Shown piece by piece: positions 13,968 through 26,100 of a DNA stretch of 64,000 bases; the first letter of the stretch is position 1; every line of letters begins with the position of its first letter. Made by a program: the position numbers and the translations under genes. Source of the DNA: Ptychomitrium polyphyllum (lineage: Eukaryota). A model generated the notes under the pieces. That model was not told the DNA's origin and searched no databases. It saw only the letters and a program-made list of their open reading frames with translations. The stretch is taken from positions 2,170,001-2,234,000 of the forward strand of contig OZ316776.1 of assembly GCA_973851085.1 (NCBI GenBank). The letters are read 5' to 3'.

Positions 13968-15503
13968 ATGGTTGCAACGGAAGGTTTCCAAGACTTGCTG
14001 TGGTTGGCAGGGATCGCCACATGCGTGAAACTTCTCCTGGCGCCGGCGTACCACAGCACGGATTTCGAAGTGCACCGGCACTGGTTGGCGATCACGCACT
14101 CGCTCCCGCTCCAGCACTGGTACTCCGACGAGTCCAGCGAGTGGACGCTCGACTACCCTCCCTTCTTCGCATTCTTCGAGCGCTTCCTGGCAGTTTTCGC
14201 CTCCTGGGTGGATCCCAAGATCGTCGACATAATCGATGGCCAGAACTACAATGCTGCAAGTGTGGTGCTTTTCCAGCGCGCTACTGTTATGGTGGCGGAC
14301 GTCGTGCTCTACTGGGGACTGTTTGAAATCGGTCGGGGTCTCACAACTCCTCGACGAAGAATCCTCTTCCTCGCAGTCATGTTCGCGCCGGGGCTCTTAA
14401 TGGTGGACCACATCCACTTCCAGTACAATGGGTTTCTTTTCGGGATTCTCCTGCTATCCCTAGCTGCGATGCGAGACGGCAATGACTTACTAGGCGGCGT
14501 CTGGTTCGCAATCCTCGTATGTTTCAAGCACTTGTTCGCAATTGCAGGACCACTTTTCTTCGTGTACATCCTACGACATTATTGTCGTGGATCACATGCC
14601 ATATCTCGGTTCTGTGCAATGGCAGGCGCTGTGATTGGCGTTGTAGCCCTCGCGTTTGGCCCCTTTGCTTATCATTGTCAGATTCCCCAAATTCTGAAGC
14701 GTTTGTTTCCCTTCGGACGAGGTTTATGCCATGCATACTGGGCGCCAAACGCATGGGCTCTTTACAACGCGGGTGACAAGTTCGCAGCTTTGATACTGCG
14801 GAAGGCTTTCGGTGTTCTTTTGGAGAGACCCAAAGCAGGGTTTACAGGCGGTCTTGTTGGCGACTTCACACCGTACAGCGTCTTCTCACAGATCACTCCT
14901 CTTGCGTCGGCACTTCTCGTCCTTGGCGCTATGCTGCCGTGCCTCGTACAAGCCTGGCGAAAACCGTCTCCAAAGGGTTTCATCCGCTGGGTTACCTATG
15001 TTTTCACATGCGGGTTTATATTTGGATGGCATGTTCACGAAAAAGCTTCTCTTCACATGGTGATTCCGTTCAGCGTGGTGGCGGTGGAGCGAGTGGAGGA
15101 TGCGAGGACGTTCCTGTTCTTGTCCATTGTGTCGACTTACTCTCTGTTTCCGCTTCTTTTTGAAGCGAAGGAGTATCCCATCAAAGTGACTCTTCTCCTC
15201 CTTTACGCACTTGTAATGTGGCTCAACTTCTCGGAGTTTTTTTACTCGGAGGTTGCGAAGGTGGAGGATGCAAATTCAGAGGAGAAGCCCAAAGGTGATC
15301 TCGCAGGGAAGTCTCTAGTAGGCTCATTGGAAAGATTTTATTTAGGGGGTTTATCGCTGATAGAAATTTATGGACAATGCTTGCATCCGTTTTGGTTTGG
15401 AGGCTCTCTCCCGTTCCTCCCCCTGATGCTGACGTCGGTGTACTGTGCTGTGGGCATGGTATACTTCTGGCTAGGTCAGTTGCGCATCATAGTGTCTGCC
15501 TGA
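13968..15503 (+). CDS. ALG8: Dolichyl-P-Glc:Glc1Man9GlcNAc2-PP-dolichol alpha-1,3-glucosyltransferase (ALG6/ALG8 family, ALG8 type), intronless CDS
   Basis: Single ORF with YHSTDFEVHRHWLAIT, SEWTLDYPPFFAFFE, VDHIHFQYNG, RLFPFGRGLCHAYWAPN and FGWHVHEKA. Start at 13968, or an upstream in-frame ATG at 13905. Confidence 0.93.
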   Translation: MVATEGFQDLLWLAGIATCVKLLLAPAYHSTDFEVHRHWLAITHSLPLQHWYSDESSEWTLDYPPFFAFFERFLAVFASWVDPKIVDIIDGQNYNAASVVLFQRATVMVADVVLYWGLFEIGRGLTTPRRRILFLAVMFAPGLLMVDHIHFQYNGFLFGILLLSLAAMRDGNDLLGGVWFAILVCFKHLFAIAGPLFFVYILRHYCRGSHAISRFCAMAGAVIGVVALAFGPFAYHCQIPQILKRLFPFGRGLCHAYWAPNAWALYNAGDKFAALILRKAFGVLLERPKAGFTGGLVGDFTPYSVFSQITPLASALLVLGAMLPCLVQAWRKPSPKGFIRWVTYVFTCGFIFGWHVHEKASLHMVIPFSVVAVERVEDARTFLFLSIVSTYSLFPLLFEAKEYPIKVTLLLLYALVMWLNFSEFFYSEVAKVEDANSEEKPKGDLAGKSLVGSLERFYLGGLSLIEIYGQCLHPFWFGGSLPFLPLMLTSVYCAVGMVYFWLGQLRIIVSA

Positions 15504-16116
15504 CTGCGTCATTGATTTTCGGTGCTGGTAAATTTACGGACTAGGTTGTAGAAGAGGAAGACTATCCGGCTCACTGGGGATGTTCAAATCCTCTTATCAT
15601 TACATTCTGTTACCATCAATGTATAGAGGTCTTTTTGGATTCTTTTCATTTTCCTTTGTTGATCATTTACAGTCTCTTGCGGATCTAAGTTTAGGTGCTT
15701 TTCCGTGAGCGCTGGTCAAATTCTCAATGTCTCGATGAGATCCTATGGGACATCATTTCTTTTTGCAGTCCTGACCATTGAGCATCTGCTAACAATGCTC
15801 TTTTATGATCCCTGCATCGCAAGTGCACCTTCACACACTTCAGTGTACCTTCTTCTACCCTCTGCGGTCACATTGACCATTATGCGCTCACAAGCTATCT
15901 TGCACATTCTTTGCGTACTGAACTGATATTTGGAATTGCCTTTACGCTTTGCTGATTGACGTTTGCTTACATTTTTGAGGCTCTGTGATCTTGTTCCTGG
16001 GTATCATTGTCTCGTTGTCTTGTGTAAGAAGATTGCTATTTCATTGTTGAGATCCAAACTTTCGAGGTATTGGTTTGTGGCCACCTAGGTAAGGGACCCA
16101 AACTGTAACACTTGCA

Positions 16117-17586
16117 ATGGCGCAGACCATAGCAAAGGGATTCCAGACGCCGACCAAGAGCGCCAACATTGGAAGATGTGATCGCTTTCCTGTGAAAGAG
16201 CGCATGAGCCCCGAGCTTGTGACGAAGGCCAAGATGCCCAAGGCTAAAACTCCAGACAGATCGGTGTTATATTTACGTTATGTTAGAACTATGTGTTCTG
16301 TGGTTTTGAATTTGTGCATCGTGTATGCATTACTCAAGAATGAATAAGTGTAACTGAGAGGCTTGTGGGTGTAGATTCTGAATCTGCTTTGGTCACAACA
16401 TGGTTCAAGATTGTGCTGTCACGGCTGTCTATTGCCCCATCTGAGGTCGTCTCCCCATCCAAAGAAGTTAACAGACAGCAATTAGCAGAGATCTATTGAA
16501 CAAGAATTGCTATGAGGAGAGTCACATTCTAGCCTTCGAGAGGAATCCTTCCCCTCCTGAAGGCTTCGTGAATGGGCGCAAGAGCTTGTACTCTCAGAAC
16601 GTGGGAGCCGCTCAAGCGAAGCCGAAGACAATATTCCGTCACGTCCCTCAAGCCCTCGAGAGACCTCTGGATGCCCTGACCTCCTTGACGACTGCTACCA
16701 CAATCTGTTGGAATGGAGCTTCAGCAATGTCCTGGCCATTGTCCTGAGCACCACTGTGTATATCTGGGATGCTTTAATTTCTTTCATAGAAGAGTTGATG
16801 ACCGTAGACGAGGAGGGTCGCAACATTAGCGTGTCTTGGGCTCCGGATGGCCAGTACCTTGCTGTAGGGTTGAATAACAGCACTATCCAGCTTTGGGATT
16901 CAACTTCTCTACTTCAGGTATATTTAGTCGAGCATTTAGGTCACTATTCTGTCGTGCAGAATCATTTCGTGATTTAGGTAACTATTCAGATTCAACAAGT
17001 TGGTCATGACCAAGAAGTTTGGGGTCTCAAACAGTCACCCTTGGGGCAACAGCTCGCCAGTGGAGGGAGTGACAATTTACTTCGCATTTGGGATTCTGCT
17101 GCTGATTCTTCACAAACCTTCACCTATTTTCACCGTGTGGATGACTACTAGGCTGCTGGGAAGGCCCTGACATGGTGCCCCTCCTAGAGCAACTTGCTGG
17201 CCTCCTGCGGTGGCACCGCAGATTAGTGCATCAAGTTTTGTAACATTCACACAGGTGCTGCTTGAACAGCATTGATACAGAATTGCAGGTGTGTGCTCTG
17301 CAAGGTAGCAAGCACTTCAAGGAGATTCTGGGCTCTCATGGATTCAGCAAGAACCACCTTTATTTGTGGAAGTACCCACCCGTAGTGAAGATGGTTGAGT
17401 TCACCGGTCACACCTCTAGAGTCTCCATTTGACCCAGAGTCCCAATGGGTATACCGTTGCATTTGCAGCCGGTGACGGGGCTTTGAGGTTCTGGCATGTG
17501 TTTGGAGCTCCTGAGACTGATCCTACTACGCAGAAGCGATCAAGGAGATTGGTCGTGCATTGATATCCTTGAACAGGATTTGGTAA
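16117..17586 (+). pseudogene. CDC20: CDC20/Fizzy APC/C activator pseudogene
   Basis: Fragments read ILAFERNP...RHVPQALERPLDA, then a frameshift near 16676 to DLLDDCYHNLLEWSFSNVLAIVLSTTVYIWDA, SVSWAPDGQYLAVG, GHDQEVWGLK...QQLASGGSDNLLRIWD and KALTWCPS*SNLLASCGGTAD*CIKF. In-frame TAGs at 17149, 17185 and 17224. The C-terminal IR tail reads IW* (17578-17586). Confidence 0.9.
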
Positions 17587-18500
17587 CTGAAGCAGCCAAG
17601 GAGCTTCTCACTTCATAGCCACGGAGCTGACTTCACTGCTGGTAAACTCAAGGTACGAAACTCAAGTTTTGGTTTTTGGGTGGCTACTGTATATATATGA
17701 GCGCTGTATGTTGTTTGAGTTCATAGATTTTAGGATAGAGTGAACTTTCGATGGCGTATCTTGTGCGTTTCAAGCAGGGATTATCTGTATTATGCCGTTT
17801 CATGTGGGATTTTCTGTACTACTGACCACACATGTCCTTCAAGGTTTTACTCTGCCGCGTTCTATCAACGCCGACACATCTGGGAATGTTCATCACTTTA
17901 TTTAATCACACTAGCATACGTGCTCCAATCATAAGCACAAATGACATGAATAAGGTGAGCTCACATGTAAACCTGTAGATCTAAAAAGGGTTGAGTTTAC
18001 AAATAACTCTAATATTATCCCTCACCACGCTTGAGCGCCCATGACTCGATGTATACCTTCTGCGGCGCCCTTCACATGGACACTACAACTCACGCAAGAG
18101 ACCATCCATTCGTGCCTCTGCTCCTAAGTAGCGAGCGCCCGCATTACGTGGACACCTACTCAGTAACTTATTCAGACATCTATTCAGTAACCTATATGAG
18201 CCACTCATGCACCGTGATCCAGTGCAATGGATGTTAGTCAAGCTGCACCACCAATTACTTAAACCAAAAATAAATATAAATCAACAACTTAAAACCGTCA
18301 GTGCCTCATTGGCTTGACAACACAGTACGGAGTTCTTTAGAGAATTTCAACTAATGACTACTGTGAGCCAACTAAGCTGAGAAAGGTTGATTGATGCCTC
18401 GGTGAAAACTGCTGAATCATTGATGTAACAAAACCTCCCGCTCTCTTCGTAGCTAATTGTCAGCATGGCCTTTGACATTATATTCAGGTCCTTGCATGCG

Positions 18501-21500
18501 TTATCTTAAGCATTCTCCGTTAGTGATCATCGAGTCCAACATGTACTGAGCTGTCCTCTTTGCAACTCCTGGTTTTCCGAGTAAGGGTAACAACCTGGCA
18601 TAACCATCCAAGAGTATATTCCTATGTCCTGAAGCTGATAGTAGCAGAAGATCAAAGGCCGCATTTGCGACACTCGCTGGATCCGCATCATCTTGTATGA
18701 ACTCCGGCACCACCTACATCACATGCCAAGTATTACCAAGAGATTTAAGTATTAAGTGATCATCAATGCTGAACTACTACACATGAACACAAGGAACTCT
18801 CCAACTTGTCATAACAGATGACCAGACAGGAACTATCTGATAATCACATGTCCTTTGAGAGATCGCATGTACCTCCTCTTCAAGAATCAGGTTAACCAGG
18901 GATATGTATTGCACAGCAAACTGGAAAACATTCCTTGCGATCCATGCTGTTGCTTTGTCTAATTTATAAACCACTACCTGAGGAACCTATTTGTCACAAT
19001 CCATTGCAATGCATCAGAGTCTAAATATTCAATTTGGTAGAGCATTGCAACGAGATGTACAAAGCGCATCTTAAGCCGGAGATTTCAGCAACTTCACACT
19101 TTCTTGATCTCTGTAACCTCCACTACCTTTACTGGCAACTTCAAGATTCAAAAGGTCAAGTCTGATGAGCTCACTACAGTTGTAGAAAGTGAGAAATATA
19201 ACCTATCTTGCGTCATCGGTAAAGTGCGTTGGCATGAAATGAAGATTACAGAAGTGTAGAAAGCATGAAAAAAAATGTGTACTCACCTTGTGAAGGGCCA
19301 ACTCCAGATTTACACTGCCCGACTTAGTAATTGCCAAGTCGGAAGCGGGCATCAATATCTGTGTATCTCCCTGCACAATAACAGAGTATAATTCTCCAGT
19401 ACTATTTTGTTCAACTCATGAGTAGTATGCGAATATATCTATTCTAACACTTAACCAATCCAGGTTTAACATATCAGATCATTGAAGCTATATTAAGAAA
19501 TCGTTGGATCGTAATCAGCCTCCTAGATTGATTGCGTCGGAGCAATAACATTGTTACCACATACAGTATTACGTCAACGCCTTCTATATTTCCATGAGAC
19601 TGAAATGATCTCCTAGGTTCACAGCAAAAATTCGCATAACCACATAACAATTGCAGTGGTCTAGTAAGATAGTGAACACAAAACGAACATGGCCTTAAGA
19701 GTCAAGATAATGAACACTAACGTGCCACAGAGAAGCATAGCCGGTGAGGCCAAAATCGTCAAAACTTTGCTTCATTATACGATCTCCACTCGGTAAAACA
19801 GACGGAACAATGAAGTGCACATGATGGTGGCTGTTCATAACACCCTTTAGCATAAGCAAATGAAAATCCATTTGGCTACTCATGGTTGCACACATGGATT
19901 ACAAGGAATCATACTGCAAGCATATGGTTCTGTTTCCAACCTAGCCAATAAGAAGTTAAGAGAGTATGTCTAAGGTATTATATAAACAGCTACCACACTG
20001 CAGAAAAATGTGAAAGTTGATCATGATTACTAATTGATGATTTGAAAATAACTTACCTTTCCGAAGAAAGAATGCGCGTCAGCAAAAGCCTCGCTGCTGA
20101 TGCAATTATGGGCCACACATGTCTCAGTTCTTGAGCTCGTGATGCAGGCATCAATAGGACAACTATGTCCTTTTCACCATACCCAAGAGCCTCCCTCGCC
20201 TGCACAATCTCATAATACGTCAGTGAAAAACAAGAATAGCATCCGAAATAGGCTGAACCTAGATAACCTGCAGTCATGGGGTTTCAGTTGAAATCATCAT
20301 GTGACACAGACATCAAACAGATATCTTGGTTGAAGTAGAACCTGTGTTCGAGTTCGAGTTGGGTTGTAGCGATCAAGTAAAGGATGACCCACTTCTATTA
20401 CATGTCCACCAGATTTGCGAAAGTACGCCGTCTGTGTACACCAAAGCCAAACATATTTGCTTACTTAGTACTTCCGTTTCAAGTATCTGACACTCTCTTG
20501 TCAGGTTATCTCGTTTTCTCATAAAAAATGACAGTATGACTTTGTATCTGTAAGATACATAAAGCAAAACTGTGGGTTCATTCCAGTCAGGCTTAATACT
20601 TTGGCAAACGTAGACCAATCAATACACATAACCCACCTCAGCAGGGTACACGGAGAAAATCGCATCGCAAGAGTCAATAATCGCTCCAGTTCGTGATGTA
20701 TTCCATAGCCACTCATTAGGCGGTATAAAATAGACGACCTTGCACCCTGCGTGAATATTGTACGGGACATTCCGTAATGCAATGAACCTACGCTAGAGAG
20801 GCTTAAAAATACTTACTGTTATCAAATAACACAGTGACCTAAGTTGCACGACGAAATAACACAAACTTAAGTAACTTAGGGTTAAACATTATACATTAAC
20901 AAGTGGGAGCTAAAGGTCCATTGTACATTTAACATGCCAGCACACATGATGTATTTCTCTTACCAAAGTGTTTCTTAGCATATTTTCCGAGAGGTATGTT
21001 GATCCCTGGATAGTCGATCAAAACCTGCAGCTCAAAGTTGGAAATATCAAATAATGAGTAGGCTGAGCATAATCATGATATCGTAGATTGAAGTAAAGTT
21101 CACACTAAAGAGTCGGATAGACATACCACAAGGTCGGGGGGGTTATTTTTCAAAAACTTGCGTGTACGTATCTGAATCTGAACGGAAGGTAGTATAAGCG
21201 GCAGTGCTTCGACTAGCCCAATAGAACTTAATCCCGTATTATCGCCTGCAGCAAACACGTTCCAAGATCTTTCAGACCAGCTCTAGCTACCATCCCACTT
21301 GCAGGACAAGCATTATATGCATTACATTGTGAAGGACGAAATGCAAGTCCTCTTTGGCAATTCTTTTCCACTTTGAAACATAGTTGACATACTCCCAGTT
21401 ATAATACTTTCATAAAGGAGGAAGTAATGACATAGCAATCTAAGCAGTACTTATTAAAGCACAATCCTCTTGTTTCTTGTACACAAAAGTAAGAAGCGGA

Positions 21501-22480
21501 TTCACGCACCACCCACCAATCAGAATAGCCCCTGCATCCTTCATTCGCTTGCCACCCATGGCATAAACCTCAATTTCAACATTCTCATCTCCAGCTGCGT
21601 CAATTAGAGCACGGACGAGAGCAGCTCCATGCATATCCCCCATCACATCTCCTGTACTGACCTGCATAACCCACCACCAGTGAGCCTTCCCTTTTCATGT
21701 AAACAACCCGATTGCCAATAAATAGGGTTTCAAGGATTTGAGTTTAGAATACATCTCCCCAAAAACACTTCAGATTCATTTCGAACAACCTTGACATGAT
21801 TCTCTCGCTGAAATTCAAATTCTTGACAAGAATGCAGGTCTAGAAACTTCATTTAAGTCCTGAACACTGAGCCCTAAACCCCAACCCTGAAATTATAAAG
21901 CTGTCTGTCATCTAGTCTGGACAAAGCTCCTTCGTACGACCTAGCTCCTCAAACCCTATTCTGGATTTAAGCTTGTTCAAACACAGCCAAAACAGAACCA
22001 CGTACTAAAAGAATTAGAAAAATCTATCTTGGATATTTCATCAGAATTTTTCGAAGTGAGAACGATACAGAGCACTTCATTGACAGATTCCCAAAAACCT
22101 TTAACTCCAGATTCCTCCATCTCAGTCAGAGTCGTTTCTGATCCCACTAAACAAAACCACAGATGCACGAAAGCTCACAACGAAATTACCAGAATGCGAA
22201 ACGGCCTGGTCCGCATCCCAGAAACACCAACACATTCTCCACCAGCCACAGATGCAGCAATCACTGGCTGCCGTTGCCATCGCCGCGCCCGCCATTGAGT
22301 CTCCTTGCTCTTGCTCCACATCACAACATCACATGCCAGACTCAAGAACCCACCAACGTGATGACTCCTCGCAATCTCCACACCATAAGCATTGCAAGTA
22401 CGCAATTGTGCACTGCTTGGAGCAACAGGGACAGCCGCCTGATTGAAACCTAGTGTGGATGCTCTCCCCAAGGCCATCAT
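18501..22480 (-). CDS. lpxB: Lipid-A-disaccharide synthase (GT19), cyanobacterial-type, with ~90-aa N-terminal extension; about 11 exons
   Basis: The spliced product contains PFRIL|VSTGDVMGDMHGAALV, MGGKRMKDAGA, SSIGLVEALPLILPS, NPPDLV|VLIDYPGIN, VYFIPPNEWLW, VGHPLLD, LMPASRAQEL, SDLAITKSGSVNLELAL, VPQVVVYK and ISLVNLILEEE|VVPEFIQ. Exon 1 is 22480-22190 (97 codons); exon 2 starts at 21661. Confidence 0.92.
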
Positions 22481-23118
22481 CAGGTGTATAAATCTCTCTA
22501 CAAAGAAACAAACCCCGACAACTAGCAATTAATTCAAGATCATAGTGTTGAAGGGGTACAAGTTCAATCAGTTTTGGAAGGCATCCTCTCCTGCAGTGTC
22601 ATAAGAACTAATCAACAGAAACGAAACAGTATTGTTGGTGTCCTGTTGGTTTGTCATTAGCTGGTGTCAACATCGCCAAGTAGGGCACTGTATGTTGGAG
22701 AACCATCTAAGCATCCATCCCTTCCGCATGCCCTTCTCCATCTTCTACTCCACCTAATTCCATTTCTTCAAGTTGGCCAAGACACCGAAGTGCTTGGACC
22801 CAAATTCGTTCCTGGTCTTTCAAAGTGAACGGCCCTGAGAAGCGCCTGCCAGAATAAGAAGGCTTCACTGTAAAAATAACGTTACTCAAGCTGAAAAAGT
22901 AAAGGGTAGGACGCGGATATGCAGGGTGCTGCCTCACAGTCAGTTCTTAAATTGAGTCAGGCTTCGACTGCTTATAATAGGACCGTAAGGACGCCGCATG
23001 CAAGTTGAGCCTTTGGTTCAACAGAGCGTGCGCACTACGTCTAGTTTGCTCATCAGATTTCTGGCTTTCTGCCAAATTTACTTTGTTTGTGGATTAGTTT
23101 GGGAGCACAAGGAGCGAG

Positions 23119-26100
23119 ATGGGTCTGGCAGTGGTCGCAGCTCCTCCTGGGCTGGACACCATGGCAATCACTCTGCCCCTGCTCTCGGACTCGCAGGTCT
23201 GTTTTTGTGTTGAAGCTGTCTGTTTTGGAGCTGGTATGCGATGATACGTGATAATCTCGTTGTGCGGAGGGAGCGATGTAAATAATTTCAGTATTGGATC
23301 AGCGGATTGCGATGATTTCTTGGAGATTTATTCTGTGAACTGGGTTGAGGTCTAACTTGATGGCTTCTCGTTCGTTTGTGAGTAGCATTGGAAGGGGTTA
23401 GTTTTTCTTATTTGAAAGCTTAGAGATTGTTCGATGGGCCCATCAGCTAGGGAGTACCTGCGCAGAGAATTGCAGGTGATCTTTTAGTGCGTTTGACCTA
23501 AGCAGCGGGAGTGCTATGCTGTGTAGTAGCTTTGTATATCTTTCTTTGGCTTTTGGGAGTTTGAGTTTGTGCTTGGAAAGAGTGAAGGAAGGGTTAGATC
23601 AGGCAGTGGCTCATGAGCGATCGCTGAATTGGCTGGTTACAGAGAACAATGGTAGAGCTTTTGTTGCGAGAAGGGCAGGAGCATCTGTTCCAGCACTGGA
23701 AACCTGGACAAAATGAAGACGATAAAATTCGATTTCTCAATCAGGTTCTTTCAGCTCTTCAGGGTTTTCTTGTTTATTTTTAAATTTGGTATAGCTAGCG
23801 GGTGCTGAAGCAGTGATTGTGAGTGTTTTGAGATGATTCATGGTTGAATTCTTATTGGATTTTGTCTGACGAGAACAGGTGGAGAAGTTGAATGATAATT
23901 ACCCTGGTGGTCTTGCGGCTTATATTCATAATGCAAGAAAGCTGCTCGCTGATTCGAATGCTGGAAGAAATCCCTTTGATGGCTACACCCCATCGGTAAG
24001 TAAAAGGTTTTTCTTTGACAAGTCTGAGTTTTATCATCTCCGTCGTTTATGCACCCTGTGTTTGAGCAGTGGAAAGAAACAATGATCGGCAATACCATGC
24101 GCGGCTTTGTTTGACCATGTGGGTGTTTCTTGATGATCACTTTTGTGGCCTTAACATTTAGTCCAACGACTGCTTACTATTGAATTTTCCACTAAATTAA
24201 GGTGGTTGTGAAACGGATTCAGGTGCCAACAGGAGAGCGGTTGAACTACGGAGATGAAGATTTTATGAAATTTGAAGAGGCTGGTGTGAAGGAAGCAAAA
24301 TATGCAATCTTTGTATTGGTAGCAGGTGGCCTTGGTGAGCGCCTTGGCTACAGTGGCATAAAGGTAAACCTAATGATTTTGTCGGTCTATACAGAGATAT
24401 CAAGGTATCACCAGGTTTTGGCAAGTTGCAGAAACTATTGCTTTTAATGTGAGAGAAGCAATTTGAACCTGACAGATCTCAATCTTCATAACTGCGATTT
24501 ATGCCGATGTTCTCTTTTTTGTTTTCAGATTGCTTTGCCCTCTCAAATCACCACGGAGATTTGCTACCTGGATCTTTATATCCAGCATATTTTGGCTCTT
24601 CAAGCGACTAGCGGGAGCTATGGGAGTGGCATTCCACTTGTGATCATGACCTCGGATGACACTCACTCGAAGACCCAAAAGCTTTTAGATGATAATAAGT
24701 ATTTTGGAATGTCTCCAGACCAAGTGCACCTCTTGAAACAGGTTACCTTCATGCACATTGCCTTAGTCATGTTTCTCAGGCACATAGCGTTGGCCCAGAT
24801 GATAATGTCCATTATGGTCCAGTTTCATAAGTACTTTTCATAGAACCTATTTGCTGTTGATGCAAGAATAGGGCCAAGCATTATCCTTTGCTAGGGTGAC
24901 TCTTTGGTTTTTATGTGTCATATTCTTTTGCCAAATTTCTGGGTTTTGTTTTACAACTTTTAGATGTCGCATTACAGGCTTCTTTTGCTTATTCTAGTAT
25001 CTTGTCTCTGGTGATCATTGATACGAAGTTCTTCAAAATGCCGAAGGAAAAGTACTGACAACGTAAACATTGGACACAGGAAAAGGTAGCATGTCTGGCA
25101 GATAACGATGCAAGAATTGCTCTTGATCCTTCTGACCCTTATCTTATCCAGGTATGCACATCTCTTCCATCTAGCCTTGATCGAAATTGAAGGCCTAATT
25201 TAATAAGAATAGGCATACACAAATTCCTAAGTATTTGTATTTACCGAAAGGTTTGAGGATTGTTGAATTTAACACAGTTTGATTTTGCTTCAGACCAAGC
25301 CTCACGGTCATGGAGATGTACATGCCGTACTTTATACTAGTGGGCTTCTTCCAAGATGGTTAGTATTCTCCTCGCATCTGCCTTCTGGTTTGTAAGAGTT
25401 TTATTTCCACACTCGACTTTTTTATTGTATCAAGAACCGACAGTTGGTTAATGCTTTCATGTACTTTGTGACAATCACAATGCATGTTTCTAGTATTTGA
25501 CTGTTACTACAATGAATGCATACAACAGACGAACCCAGAGACGAGAGTTTCTGCTTCTTACATAATGCTTGTGTGAAGCAAGAATGAATATAAGTTGAAA
25601 AAGGAACCTCGTTATTTATATTCTGGTAACACTTGCAGGCAGATGGACGGACGGAAGTGGCTTCTGTTTTTTCAAGATACAAATGGCTTACTTTTCAAGG
25701 TATGTCTTGGTCTTGCTTGCTTCTGTCTTTCCTGCGCTTTGTGATATATTTCTAGTTGTGCTCAATGAGTTGGAAGCCTATTATTCCATCTGAGGAATCT
25801 GGTTACATACATAAACTCTTGGTTTCCACTTGCTACAGGCAATCCCAGCAGCGTTAGGTGTTAGTTCAATTCGAGATTTAGACGTCAACTCACTTGCAGT
25901 GCCCCGGAAAGCAAAGGAAGCTATTGGAGGAATTTCAAGGCTCACTCACGAAAATGGTTAGTCAGGATCCACTTGTTTCTTATCACGAAATTATAGCGTT
26001 GCGTTTCCCATCAACTGCTTCTTGCTCTTTTGTATGCTGTAGTTGGAGAAGGTGCAAGTCATTGTTACATCTTAAGGGATCATACTCTCACTTGCATGTC

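Noticed and set aside
13968..15503. Intronless ALG8 as a recent retrocopy
   Set aside because: No poly(A) remnant or target-site duplication is visible, the ORF is intact, and no intron-bearing parent can be shown from this window.
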